From: Candidatus Megaera polyxenophila
Lineage (GTDB): Bacteria > Pseudomonadota > Alphaproteobacteria > Rickettsiales > Rickettsiaceae
Assembly (NCBI RefSeq): GCF_029982035.1
Contig: NZ_CP104167.1
Location: 65,974-129,973, forward strand
Length of the DNA stretch: 64,000 bases
Direction of reading: 5' to 3'
Within the stretch, counting starts at the first letter, position 1, and the number at the start of each line of letters is the position of its first letter. Below the pieces are notes generated by a model. It was not told where the DNA came from, did no database searches, and saw nothing but the letters and a program-made list of their open reading frames with translations. Position numbers and translations under genes: made by a program. Of the stretch, positions 1-9,310 are shown piece by piece.

Positions 1-1015
1 TCATTTGCTTCTTCCTTACTTTGTTTAAACAAAACTTCTTTTTGTTCTACTTCTAATATCTTAGCAGATAATTGTTGGGCTAAATTCTTAACTTCATCAT
101 TTAGCTTACCATTATCATTTCCAACTTTTTGTGCTTCTAACCTAGCATTCTCTAGTTGCGAGTTAAGTAATCCCTTTGTATCTCTTAGAGCCAGTAAATC
201 TTTCTCTATATCACTCAACCTTAAAGCTTTTAATTCAGACTCCTTCTCAGCTATTTCTACTTTCTCCCGTAACGCCTCTATTACCCTATCGGATTCTATC
301 TTCGCAAGTGCCTTTGCTTTCTCCGCTTCCTCCTTACCCTCTCTTAACAACTCCCGTTGCTTCTCTACTTCCATATTTTTATCAGATAGTATTTTTGTTA
401 AACGTTCAACTTCAGTATTTAATAAATCATTTTTGCCTCCAGCTTCTTCAGCTTTCAAATGAGTTTTCTCTAGTTCCGACCTTAATAGTTCCTTATCAAG
501 GTTTAGTGCTAATAAGTTATTTTGAACGTTTGCTAAATCTAGTTGTTTTTGTTGTAATTCCTTCTCAGCTTTTGTTGCACGCACCTCTAATGCCTCTATC
601 ATCTTATCAGATTGCATTTTCACTATTCGTATTGCTTCATTTGCTTCTTCCTTACTTTGTTTAAACAAAACTTCTTTTTGTTCTACTTCTAATATCTTAG
701 CAGATAATTGTTGGGCTAAATTCTTAACTTCATCATTTAGCTTACCATTATCATTTCCAACTTTTTGTGCTTCTAACCTAGCATTCTCTAGTTGCGAGTT
801 AAGTAATCCCTTTGTATCTCTTAGAGCCAGTAAATCTTTCTCTATATCACTCAACCTTAAAGCTTTTAATTCAGACTCCTTCTCAGCTATTTCTACTTTC
901 TCCCGTAACGCCTCTATTACCCTATCGGATTCTATCTTCGCAAGTGCCTTTGCTTTCTCCGCTTCCTCCTTACCCTCTCTTAACAACTCTCGTTGCTTCT
1001 CTACTTCTGTTTGTA
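1..1015. repeat. Tandem direct repeat, 636-bp unit, about 1.6 copies (1..636 identical to 637..1015)
   Basis: Identical strings at 1..90 and 637..726. Divergence after about 1015. Unit equals a 212-aa repeat inside the coiled-coil CDS. Confidence 0.85.
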
Positions 1016-1727
1016 ACTGAAATAAAGACTTTTCTTTAACTATTTCATCATTCAAAGTGCTTCTTAATTCTTTTATTTCTTCAAAACGTTTTTTTTCTTG
1101 TTCATAATCAATTTCTAACTGCTCCTTTTGTCCTTGTAAGTCTGCTAAATTTTCTTGTATTTGAGCAATATCATTCCTTAACTCTGCTACTTCCAAAAAG
1201 TTTGTTGATTTTTCCTGTAAATTTGTTTCTTCTAATTGATCTACAGATACAGATTGTTCGTCTAAAATATTTTCTTTTGACTTTGAAGTACTGCTAGATT
1301 TAGGACTACTAGAAATTTCTTTTGATAACTCTTCATATTCTAGATTGGTATTATTACTTGTTTTTTTATCTTCCATTTCAGATATAGAACTATTTCGTGA
1401 ATTAGTAATTCTCATGCCACTATATTGTTCTGGCTCATTAGCACCGATTGTATTTTGTATAGAATTATTACCTAAATGGGTTGAGGAATTATTACCTTCT
1501 CCAGAAGAACTTGCAGAAATATTATTTTCTAATTCTTGTAATTTTTTCTGTTGTGCAGATAATTTATTCTCTAATACAGACCTTTTTTTAGCCAAATCTT
1601 TTATTTTAGCTGCTTGAATTGTATTTATCTTCTTGATCTCAGCTATATTATCATTAGAACCCGATGCGTAAGCAAATTCAAAAAAAAATATTATAAATAT
1701 AAAAAATATTTGTTTTTTTCTGTTCAT
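1..1727 (-). CDS. Secreted coiled-coil repeat protein, partial (C-terminus beyond window start)
   Basis: ATG at 1727..1725 on minus strand. Signal-peptide-like N-terminus MNRKKQIFFIFIIFFFEFAYASGS. Continuous E/K/L/Q-rich heptad frame to window edge. Plus-strand ORFs 176..664 and 812..1039 are antisense low-complexity artefacts. Confidence 0.55.
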   Translation of the reverse strand, partial: MNRKKQIFFIFIIFFFEFAYASGSNDNIAEIKKINTIQAAKIKDLAKKRSVLENKLSAQQKKLQELENNISASSSGEGNNSSTHLGNNSIQNTIGANEPEQYSGMRITNSRNSSISEMEDKKTSNNTNLEYEELSKEISSSPKSSSTSKSKENILDEQSVSVDQLEETNLQEKSTNFLEVAELRNDIAQIQENLADLQGQKEQLEIDYEQEKKRFEEIKELRSTLNDEIVKEKSLFQLQTEVEKQRELLREGKEEAEKAKALAKIESDRVIEALREKVEIAEKESELKALRLSDIEKDLLALRDTKGLLNSQLENARLEAQKVGNDNGKLNDEVKNLAQQLSAKILEVEQKEVLFKQSKEEANEAIRIVKMQSDKMIEALEVRATKAEKELQQKQLDLANVQNNLLALNLDKELLRSELEKTHLKAEEAGGKNDLLNTEVERLTKILSDKNMEVEKQRELLREGKEEAEKAKALAKIESDRVIEALREKVEIAEKESELKALRLSDIEKDLLALRDTKGLLNSQLENARLEAQKVGNDNGKLNDEVKNLAQQLSAKILEVEQKEVLFKQSKEEAN

Positions 1728-2169
1728 ATTCTATCCCTTAACCTAAGATTATATTTTTTAAATTTCTAAAAGGTAAATAGCTCCTAATTTCAGGATTATT
1801 TATTTAAGTAAATTACCGATCCTTTTTTGATTTACAGTGATAAAAACATCATACTATCATAATCGACTGGTATAATAACTATTATTAATGATAATTCAAA
1901 AAAAATGCAAATAACAGCAAAGTTTTTATCTAAAACTGATGCAGAGTTATTAATATGAATCTAGTATCAGGTTTCAATACAAAAAAAAGAAATATATAAC
2001 AAAGAATTAAATTTAATAGAGGGTATAAAATTTACATATCGAGAAATAGATATAATTGCATGTATTTTACATAATAGAGGAGAAGAAAAAAAAAGAGTTT
2101 CTCAATAAAATAAAAACAACTGAAGAATTTAATATTATTAAAGAAAATCCTGGCATTACTAAAAAATTA

Positions 2170-2421
2170 TTAACCCACCAATTAAATACCCGACTTAGGC
2201 GGCATATTTTACTTCTTTCGCCTGAAATAATCTTTTGATATGTTCTGGGTTATTTTGCAGAGTCCTTAGGTAAGATTTTAAATTCCCTTGGAGTTCAGAT
2301 TTTGTAAGAGGTATATGTTTCCTATTTACATTTCTTTTTAAATCGTTGTTTAAATATTCATCCGGATTATGTTGCGGAGTATACGGAGGCAGAAAAAATA
2401 AAGAAATTTTCTTTTTATGCA
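2170..2421 (-). mobile_element. IS630-family element fragment: terminal 25-bp inverted repeat plus 3' end of transposase gene, truncated at 2421
   Basis: Identical to the 18914..19165 end of the full IS630 copy (TTAACCCACCAATTAAATACCCGAC...). Homology stops abruptly at 2421/2422, where group II intron-derived sequence begins. Confidence 0.8.
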
Positions 2422-3926
2422 ATCCTTATCCCGAACTGGGGTAATACATGATTTTCTTTTGATATAAAACTTATCATTTTCTTTGTATGACTTATTCTTT
2501 TTTCAAAATATATCTTCCAATCAGGATCATATGGATTGGCATCTGCCCTGATTTTTGTATGACGTCTTATAGGTGTATCACTCATCTTGAGTAAAGACAC
2601 TCTCTCGTTGCTATTTGTGTGAGTTGCAAACACCCATGACCTACTGGTCGTTGTGAAGTAGCGATCCTTTACCCACTTCACACTTTTATAGGGATGCCTT
2701 CGTTTTGCCCACCTCCATAGCGCACACCAAACTTCATGGTCAACCTTACTAAAGGTCTTTTTCGCGCATACATATCTATAATAATTTGACCACCCCCTGA
2801 GCTTAGGGTTCAGGAGCTTAATTATTATCAATTGTGTGTTTGATATGTTGTCCTTTATTAGCTTACGTAAATTTAGAAGTAATTTACAAATACTATCTTT
2901 AGATGGTTTTGTAATATATTTTCCGTTGTATTTACGTATATTATGACCAAGGAAATCAAATCCGTCATTAATACTTGTAATCCTGGTTTTCTTGCTTGAT
3001 AGCTCTAACGACCTCTCTTGCAAGAATTTTGATATGAGTGGTTTTACATCGTTTTCCAGAATTTCTTTTGTCTTTCCAGAAATTATAAAGTCATCTGCAT
3101 ACCTTATCATATGTACTCCATTTTTTGCCCTTTTTCGACTTCCTAGTTTACCAAATTCCCTTTCTAGCATCTTCTCAATACCATTTAGGGTCATATTGGC
3201 TAACAATGGAGACAACACGCTACCTTGTGGCGTGCCTGCCGTTGTTGGATAGAGTGTTTTTGATTCCAAGATTCCAGCATCTAACCAACTATGGAGAATA
3301 TTTTTCTCCATAGGGATATTTTTCATCAACCATTCATGGCTTATGTTATCAAAGCATCCTTTGATATCTCCTTCTAGAATCCAGCTTGGTCTACCCCCTC
3401 TTGCTAATAACAAATAACATGCTTGGATGGCATCCGCGCAAGATCTTTTAGGTCGAAACCCATAAGAATGCTTATCACTTATCGTTTCTGAGACAGGATC
3501 TAAGGCTTGTAGATACAATGCCTGCATCGCTCTATCTCGTATCGTGGGTATTCCAAGAGGTCGCTTTGTACCGTCTTTCTTACCAACATAAACTCTTTTG
3601 AGTGGTTTTGGTCTATATCCCCTTTGCTTTAACTGCTTGATTCCTTGAAGTTTCATGTTAGGAGTGAACCACACCTGGCCGTCAACTCCCGCAGTTGTTT
3701 TGCCTTGATTCTCAGTGACCCTTTTAACAGCTAAGGCTTTGCCGCTAAAAGATCTTGTTAACAGACGTTGTAGAACTTTGACCTTATCCCATCTGTTTTC
3801 TTTTACTGCCTTGACAATACGCCTTTGTAGCTTAAAAACAACTTCGTTGCATTTGTTCCACTTAATGTGGTTCCATGCCTCATGATTGTTGATAGGCGCA
3901 CTTACATCATTTTCTGGTGTAATCAT
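2415..3926 (-). CDS. Group II intron reverse transcriptase/maturase (503 aa)
   Basis: RT motifs including YADD (IRYADDFIISGK), a maturase X region, and a C-terminal basic region. Confidence 0.85.
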   Translation of the reverse strand: MITPENDVSAPINNHEAWNHIKWNKCNEVVFKLQRRIVKAVKENRWDKVKVLQRLLTRSFSGKALAVKRVTENQGKTTAGVDGQVWFTPNMKLQGIKQLKQRGYRPKPLKRVYVGKKDGTKRPLGIPTIRDRAMQALYLQALDPVSETISDKHSYGFRPKRSCADAIQACYLLLARGGRPSWILEGDIKGCFDNISHEWLMKNIPMEKNILHSWLDAGILESKTLYPTTAGTPQGSVLSPLLANMTLNGIEKMLEREFGKLGSRKRAKNGVHMIRYADDFIISGKTKEILENDVKPLISKFLQERSLELSSKKTRITSINDGFDFLGHNIRKYNGKYITKPSKDSICKLLLNLRKLIKDNISNTQLIIIKLLNPKLRGWSNYYRYVCAKKTFSKVDHEVWCALWRWAKRRHPYKSVKWVKDRYFTTTSRSWVFATHTNSNERVSLLKMSDTPIRRHTKIRADANPYDPDWKIYFEKRISHTKKMISFISKENHVLPQFGIRIA

Positions 3927-4354
3927 CTGCTTTCCTTATTTAATTAAGTTTTACAAACTCTCTTGTCATTCGGAACCTAATGGAAGTCTGCCTACTTTCG
4001 TATGAGTTAATGTTACATTGTTTTTGTTCAAACTCTATCTATCTCATTACAAAATAGCATTCGCTTTTTCCATCCTCCTTTACCTACACCTTTTCAGCTT
4101 TCATTACTGTCAGCCTACCTAGCAAAACCTTGCAAGGACAAAATACAGGCTTACCCTGTTGCCTATGGTATACATCAGTGGGTTAGGTGTTTCCTCTACG
4201 CCGGTGGCTTTTACGTTTGCGTACGCCTCGAAATGAAAGACGTATCCTCGCCACGCACCTTTTGGTTTAAGCTTATCAGCATCTTTAGCTTATTCAATCG
4301 TTACGACGCTTTTTAGAACTTCACTTTTGTTCACCTTACCACTAGCCTAGCCCC
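2422..4354 (-). mobile_element. Group II intron remnant (5' GUGCG candidate at 4354..4350 minus; 3' end apparently truncated)
   Basis: About 430 nt of non-coding sequence lie upstream of the RT ORF (domains I-III candidate). The ORF stop abuts the IS630 fragment, so no room is left for domains V/VI. Boundaries are approximate. Confidence 0.4.
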
Positions 4355-4440
4355 CAAACCGCACGATGCTTGCAGTTTCTCACTTCTTTTGTGATTTACT
4401 AATGTTAGTGGGTAGCATTGTTCCGATCGCTTAGCACAAA

Positions 4441-4830
4441 CTAGTTACCCGGTTTGCGCCGATCGGTAGGCTCAACTGGCAAAACAGCAGGTTCAATGAG
4501 GCTAAGTATTCTTCTTTTTGTATATTCTATGAATTCTTCGCCACTTGAACAATACACCATAGACCTTTCAGGTCGCACCATCTCTACTATGATTTGTATA
4601 CCATTCTTTGCCTTACAAAGTACATCTACTATACTTTGTTTCTTAGAGGCAATTTCTGGGTTTTGAATAGGTGATAAAAACTCAACATTTTCTATTTGAT
4701 CGTTGTCTTTAAGTTCAAGAATATCGTTAATAAAATGAATGACTATATCCTTATGCTGTTCAGAACCAAAGACTTTCCGAAAAGCCACATCATTTTTAGG
4801 ATCAAGAAACTTCGATAATGCCATAATCAA
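4441..4830 (-). pseudogene. Rpn/YhgA-like PD-(D/E)XK nuclease (transposase-like) N-terminal fragment
   Basis: N-terminus MIMALSKFLDPKNDVAFRKVFGSEQHKDIVIHFINDILEL parallels the full-length paralog 26540..27487. Similarity is lost about 110 aa in, where the frame runs into intron-adjacent sequence. Confidence 0.5.
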
Positions 4831-5207
4831 AAATACAAAACAATTTAATTAAAATATAGTAGTATTATACCATCTATATTGCATTCATACTAATTCTAAA
4901 AAACAAAAAAGCAATTTTAACCTATTTTGGTTATGCTTTTTTAACTTAATCATCGAAAATCCCCTTGATGTACTACCCATGTCTAAATGTCACTGCTAAG
5001 ATAAAAGATACCGTGTTTGGATGTAAATAATTTTTATAAGAATTTTTTAATAGCTTGTTAATTAGTTAGATTAAATGTATTTTTATTATAGTAGTATTAC
5101 GTCATTGACGTAGTACTAACAGAGAAAAAACTATAATGGTACCCAAAAACTGGACTGCTAAAAATGAAGAATGAGATATAATTTCACAACAAGGAAATGG
5201 AAATTAT

Positions 5208-5507
5208 ATGTCTAAAAAAGCGAAGCAATATAGTGCGACGGAAAAAACAAAAATTGTTATAGAAGCAATAAAAGCTGAAATGACAATAGCACAAATAAGC
5301 AGTAAGTACGGGGTTCATGCAACTCAAATACAAGCATGGAAAAAAAGAGGTATAGAAAATTTAGTTAGTGGTTTTCAAGTTAAGCCGGCAACAAAAGATC
5401 CAGACAATCAAGATTTGATAAAACAATTATATGAACAAATAGGACAGTTAAGCGTTGAGCGTGACTGGCTGAAAAAAAAATCTACATTGTTTGGACTTGG
5501 AAACTAG
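5208..5507 (+). CDS. IS3-family OrfA (HTH), A9 variant
   Basis: 99 aa, HTH-like. Ends after an A9 run at 5472..5480. Confidence 0.75.
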   Translation: MSKKAKQYSATEKTKIVIEAIKAEMTIAQISSKYGVHATQIQAWKKRGIENLVSGFQVKPATKDPDNQDLIKQLYEQIGQLSVERDWLKKKSTLFGLGN

Positions 5508-6333
5508 GAAAAGTATGATTGATAATAATTGTATAAATCTAAGCATTGTTAGGCAATGCGATCTACTTTTAATTAATAAATCTACTTATTATTACAAGGC
5601 AAAAGGAATAACTACAAGAGACTTAGAAATAATGAAAGTAATTGATGAAATCTATACAGAGCATCCGTATTTCGGGGCCAGAAGAATGTCCAAGCATCTT
5701 GTACCGTTTGGAATTGTTATTGGTCGCAAAGCGGTAAGTCGTTATTACGGAATAATGTCAATAGAAGCCATTTATCCTAAAATGAATTTAAGCAAGCGCA
5801 ACCAAGCTCATAAGGTATATCCTTATCTTTTAAAAGGCGTTGAAATTACTAAGACAAATCAGGTATGGAGCACCGATATAACTTATATTAGAATGGCACA
5901 AGGATTTGTATATCTAGTAGCCATTATTGATTGGTTTAGCCGTTATATTCTGAGCTGGAAGGTTTCTATTAGCTTAGAAAGTGATTTTTGCATCGACGCA
6001 CTAGAAGAAGCCCTAGAAAAGCACGGTCAACCTGAGGTTTTTAATACCGATCAAGGTTCTCAATTTACGTCAAAAAATTTCATCTACGAACTTGTTAAAC
6101 GTGAAATCAAGATTAGCATGGACGGTAAAGGTAGGGCTTTAGATAATGTATTTATTGAAAGATTTTGGCGTTCATTAAAACAAGAAAAAATATATTTGAT
6201 AATTTTAAATACTGTCAAGGAGGTAAAAAATGCTATAACAGATTACATAACTTTTTATAATAGTAAAAGGATGCACCAATCCTTGGAATATTTAACTCCA
6301 GAACAGGTGTATTTAACAAAAATTATTGGCTAA
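5491..6333 (+). CDS. IS3-family OrfB (DDE integrase core, rve)
   Basis: 280 aa, rve-type DDE core (WSTDITYI...NTDQGSQFTS...E). Lies in the +1 frame relative to orfA in this copy. Confidence 0.8.
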   Translation: MDLETRKSMIDNNCINLSIVRQCDLLLINKSTYYYKAKGITTRDLEIMKVIDEIYTEHPYFGARRMSKHLVPFGIVIGRKAVSRYYGIMSIEAIYPKMNLSKRNQAHKVYPYLLKGVEITKTNQVWSTDITYIRMAQGFVYLVAIIDWFSRYILSWKVSISLESDFCIDALEEALEKHGQPEVFNTDQGSQFTSKNFIYELVKREIKISMDGKGRALDNVFIERFWRSLKQEKIYLIILNTVKEVKNAITDYITFYNSKRMHQSLEYLTPEQVYLTKIIG

Positions 6334-6417
6334 TATTATAACGCAAATTATATCTCATAATTTCTGATTTTTAGTCTAGACAAATTGGGCCACCTTAAAC
6401 ATTACCAAAAATTAAAG

Positions 6418-6687
6418 ATGCATAAATGGCTAGAAAAGGAAACAGATGAATTATTAGATCAAGCTAAAGAAATGAGTCCTAAGAGGATTAAGTCTATTAG
6501 AGCCTCATATGGTTTAACACAAGTAGCTTTTTCCATATTACTAGATATATCTTATGATACTTATAGAAACTGGGAAATTGGGCATCGTAATCCTTGTACT
6601 TCTGCAGTATCTCTACTAACTCTTGCAGAGCAAAATCCAAAAGTTTTTTTAAAACAACAAAAACAGTACAAAAATGATAAAAACTAG
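6418..6687 (+). CDS. XRE-family HTH protein (HigA-like antitoxin candidate)
   Basis: YGLTQVAFSILLDISYDTYRNWEIGHRNP HTH motif. Upstream partner region is occupied by the IS3 copy. Confidence 0.5.
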   Translation: MHKWLEKETDELLDQAKEMSPKRIKSIRASYGLTQVAFSILLDISYDTYRNWEIGHRNPCTSAVSLLTLAEQNPKVFLKQQKQYKNDKN

Positions 6688-6875
6688 CAGCTTAACTACA
6701 GAAGAAAAGAAAATTATAATCCATAAGGGGACAGAAACTTGCTACACAGCAACTTCTGAAAGATGGAGCTTATCTTTGTAGAAATTGTGGTATAGGATTG
6801 TTTAGCAGTAAAGATAAGTTCTATTCTGGCACTGGTTGGCCTAGCTTTGATCGAGAATTAGACAACATTATGATA
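6674..6875 (+). pseudogene. msrB: msrB (peptide methionine sulfoxide reductase B) fragment with frameshift and truncation
   Basis: [15 protein letters not shown], then in another frame [30 protein letters not shown] (the CxxC ... GWPSF core). The C-terminal about 60 aa of MsrB are missing. Confidence 0.5.
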
Positions 6876-7117
6876 ATTTAAGAGACTAGCTAGATACGAA
6901 GGTTTTAAAAGTCAGAATTTTGAATTTAACAATGTAAAGGGTAATAAAGCAGAGATTGTGATTGAAATTATTTCTAATATAGCAAGCGTATACCACGAAC
7001 TATTTGCGAGGAGTCTAATTAGTAAGATATTATCAAGAGAAATGGATAGTTCACAAGCACTATTGGCAGAGCAATCAGATGATGAAGGAGAAGAAGTAAA
7101 TGCAGCGTTACTTCACG

Positions 7118-7309
7118 CTAGGGCCTTAGTAAAATCACCTGATGCCGAATATGCTGCTGGCGTGCCGTCGGAAGCATAGGAGAAAAAGCAGAAGGACTGG
7201 AAGGGTTTCTTACACCTTGCTCCCATTTTTGATAAGTAACAAGTTTTATACCCAATAGATCAGCGAATTTAACTTGTGTAACACTATAAAAACCTCTGTT
7301 ATTAATCAT
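7118..7309 (-). pseudogene. XRE HTH fragment
   Basis: GFYSVTQVKFADLLGIKLVTYQKWEQGVRNPS HTH motif only; no further domain follows. Confidence 0.3.
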
Positions 7310-7346
7310 AATCTTATGTTAAAGTGATTAATAAAAAAAGAATCTA

Positions 7347-8462
7347 TTGATCATGAAATGGAATTGGCAGCAGAAGGATTGGCCTAGTTTTTCATATGAT
7401 ACAACAAAGCTTTTAGAGCTTGAACAACAGCTATTACATCAGTCGGGAATATTATTTGGAGCATATAAGCATTTAACTAGCGAAGATAAAGAATGGTTGA
7501 AGGTCGAGCTTATTAGTAATGAAGCTCTCAAAACATCAGAAATAGAAGGTGAATATTTAGATAGAAGTAGCTTGCAATCATCTATTAGACGTTATTTTGG
7601 GCTTCAGGTAGATACCAGTAAAATTAAGCCTGAAGAAAATGGTATCGCAGCTTTAATGATTGATTTATACAAGACTTACAATACAGCTCTCACTCATGAA
7701 AAATTATATGATTGGCATAGTAAATTATTGGGCCATAGAAACGACTTAGAATATATAGGTTGTTACAGAGGGGGTGAAGAGCCAATGCAGGTTATTTCTG
7801 GCCGTATTGGAGAGCCTACAATACATTTTGAAGCCCCTCCATCTGAAAGGGTAAAAAATGAAATGGAGATTTTTATTGAATGGTTTAATGAATCACAAAA
7901 TAGATTTAGAAAAACTGTTCCAACTCTAACTAGAGCTGGGATCACACACCTTTATTTTGAATCTATACATCCCTTTGAGGATGGCAATGGCCGTATTGGT
8001 AGGGTTTTATCAGAAAAAGTGCTTGCGCAAGGATTAAGGCAACCCACACTATTAGCTTTATCTACAATTATCAACAAGTATAAAAAGCGGTACTATGATG
8101 CTTTAGAAAGAGCAAATAAAAATAATGAAATTACAGAATGGCTTATATATTTTGCAAATACTATATTAGAAGCACTAGCTTATACTCAAAAAGCAATAGA
8201 GTTTTTGATAGAAAAAGCAAAAATATTAAATAGGCTAGAAGGAGAGCTTAATAGCCGTCAGAAGAAGGCATTACTTAGAATATTTGAAGCAGGGCACGAG
8301 GGTTTTCAAGGTGGTTTAAGTGCAAATAATTATATAAGTATAACTAAAGCTACCCAACCTACAACTACAAGGGATTTAGTTGATTTAGTACAGAAGGGAG
8401 TATTATACAAAATAGGCGAACGCAAACACACTCGGTATTACCTCAACTTTACGAGGAATTGA
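7347..8462 (+). CDS. Fic-family protein (AMPylase) with N-terminal inhibitory helix and C-terminal winged-helix region
   Basis: Fic motif HPFEDGNGRIGR. Inhibitory-helix motif TSEIEG, (S/T)xxxE(G/N) class. Confidence 0.85.
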   Translation: MIMKWNWQQKDWPSFSYDTTKLLELEQQLLHQSGILFGAYKHLTSEDKEWLKVELISNEALKTSEIEGEYLDRSSLQSSIRRYFGLQVDTSKIKPEENGIAALMIDLYKTYNTALTHEKLYDWHSKLLGHRNDLEYIGCYRGGEEPMQVISGRIGEPTIHFEAPPSERVKNEMEIFIEWFNESQNRFRKTVPTLTRAGITHLYFESIHPFEDGNGRIGRVLSEKVLAQGLRQPTLLALSTIINKYKKRYYDALERANKNNEITEWLIYFANTILEALAYTQKAIEFLIEKAKILNRLEGELNSRQKKALLRIFEAGHEGFQGGLSANNYISITKATQPTTTRDLVDLVQKGVLYKIGERKHTRYYLNFTRN

Positions 8463-8805
8463 TGATATTAGATCGGATTAGATCAGTACAAAATACCAGA
8501 TTAGTATGCTAGTACATGAAAGTTCAGAGAGGTATGAACAAAGTACAATCAGACTTACTTAGATTTAAAAGTAATGCCACGGTGAAGGTGGTCTAGCGAA
8601 TATTAGGAAGCTGGGATAAACTACTCTTTTTTTACAATTGAAAAAGTATGAGACTCTATATACCAAACAAAAAGGTAAGGTCAGAATTAAAAAACATGAT
8701 AATTGGGTATTATGACAAGTAGAGGCCAAATCCGACATTAGAGTGATTATTTGGGTGGTTTTTAGGAATTTAAGTATTGTTAATATAATTTATTAGAGAA
8801 ATAAC

Positions 8806-9310
8806 ATGAGTAAGAGCGATCAAGAAAAAATAAAGCAAGCGGTAGATTTGTTAATAGATAAAGACACAGATTTAACAAGTTTTTTTGCTAAAGACGGGAT
8901 GTTAAAAGAGCTTACAAAAAATCTATTTGAAAGGGCTTTAAAAGCAGAAATGGACGAGCATCTTGGCTATAGCAGGTATGGTAGAGGAGAAACGGAGAAC
9001 AGCAGGAATGGGAGTATGCCTATTCAAAATTGGGGAGAAGCTATGGCCCATTTTTTGATAAAATTTGAGGGTAGAATTTAAGTGGAGTAGTTGAGATTTA
9101 ATCTCCTTTGTTTTAATGAGTCTGTAATATAGTTTGTGTAAGTTGCAAAAGGGTATAGTAGAAAATACTATAAAAAAGCAACTTAAACACAGAGGAAAAA
9201 ATGGCTAAAAAATTAGCAGAAAAAGAAGTAGATATAAATACTAAATTAGTCGAAGAATTACTATCAAAAGCAGATCCATCTGAATTATTTGGTCGCGGTG
9301 GATTATTTAA
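8806..9310 (+). pseudogene. IS256-family (Mutator-like) transposase N-terminal fragments, truncated by IS91-like insertion
   Basis: LKELTKNLFERALKAEMDEHLGY...NSRNG motif, plus a second partial N-terminal repeat at 9201..9310 that runs into the IS91-like end. Confidence 0.45.

Larger units (their letters stand above)
5132..6397 (+). mobile_element. IS3-family insertion sequence, copy 1 (about 1.26 kb)
   Basis: Identical to 53814..55080 outside the poly-A frameshift window. Both flanks diverge at these points. Imperfect ends TGGTACCCAAAAAC / GACAAATTGGGCCA. Confidence 0.8.

Noticed and set aside
176-1039. Plus-strand ORFs 176..664 and 812..1039 (P/L/S-rich)
   Set aside because: Antisense to the coiled-coil gene. 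Their composition is an artefact of reading the GAA/AAG-rich repeat backwards.
2415-4354. Calling a complete, splicing-competent group II intron
   Set aside because: No space is left for domains V/VI between the RT stop and the junction, and no GAAA-tetraloop DV-like hairpin was seen.
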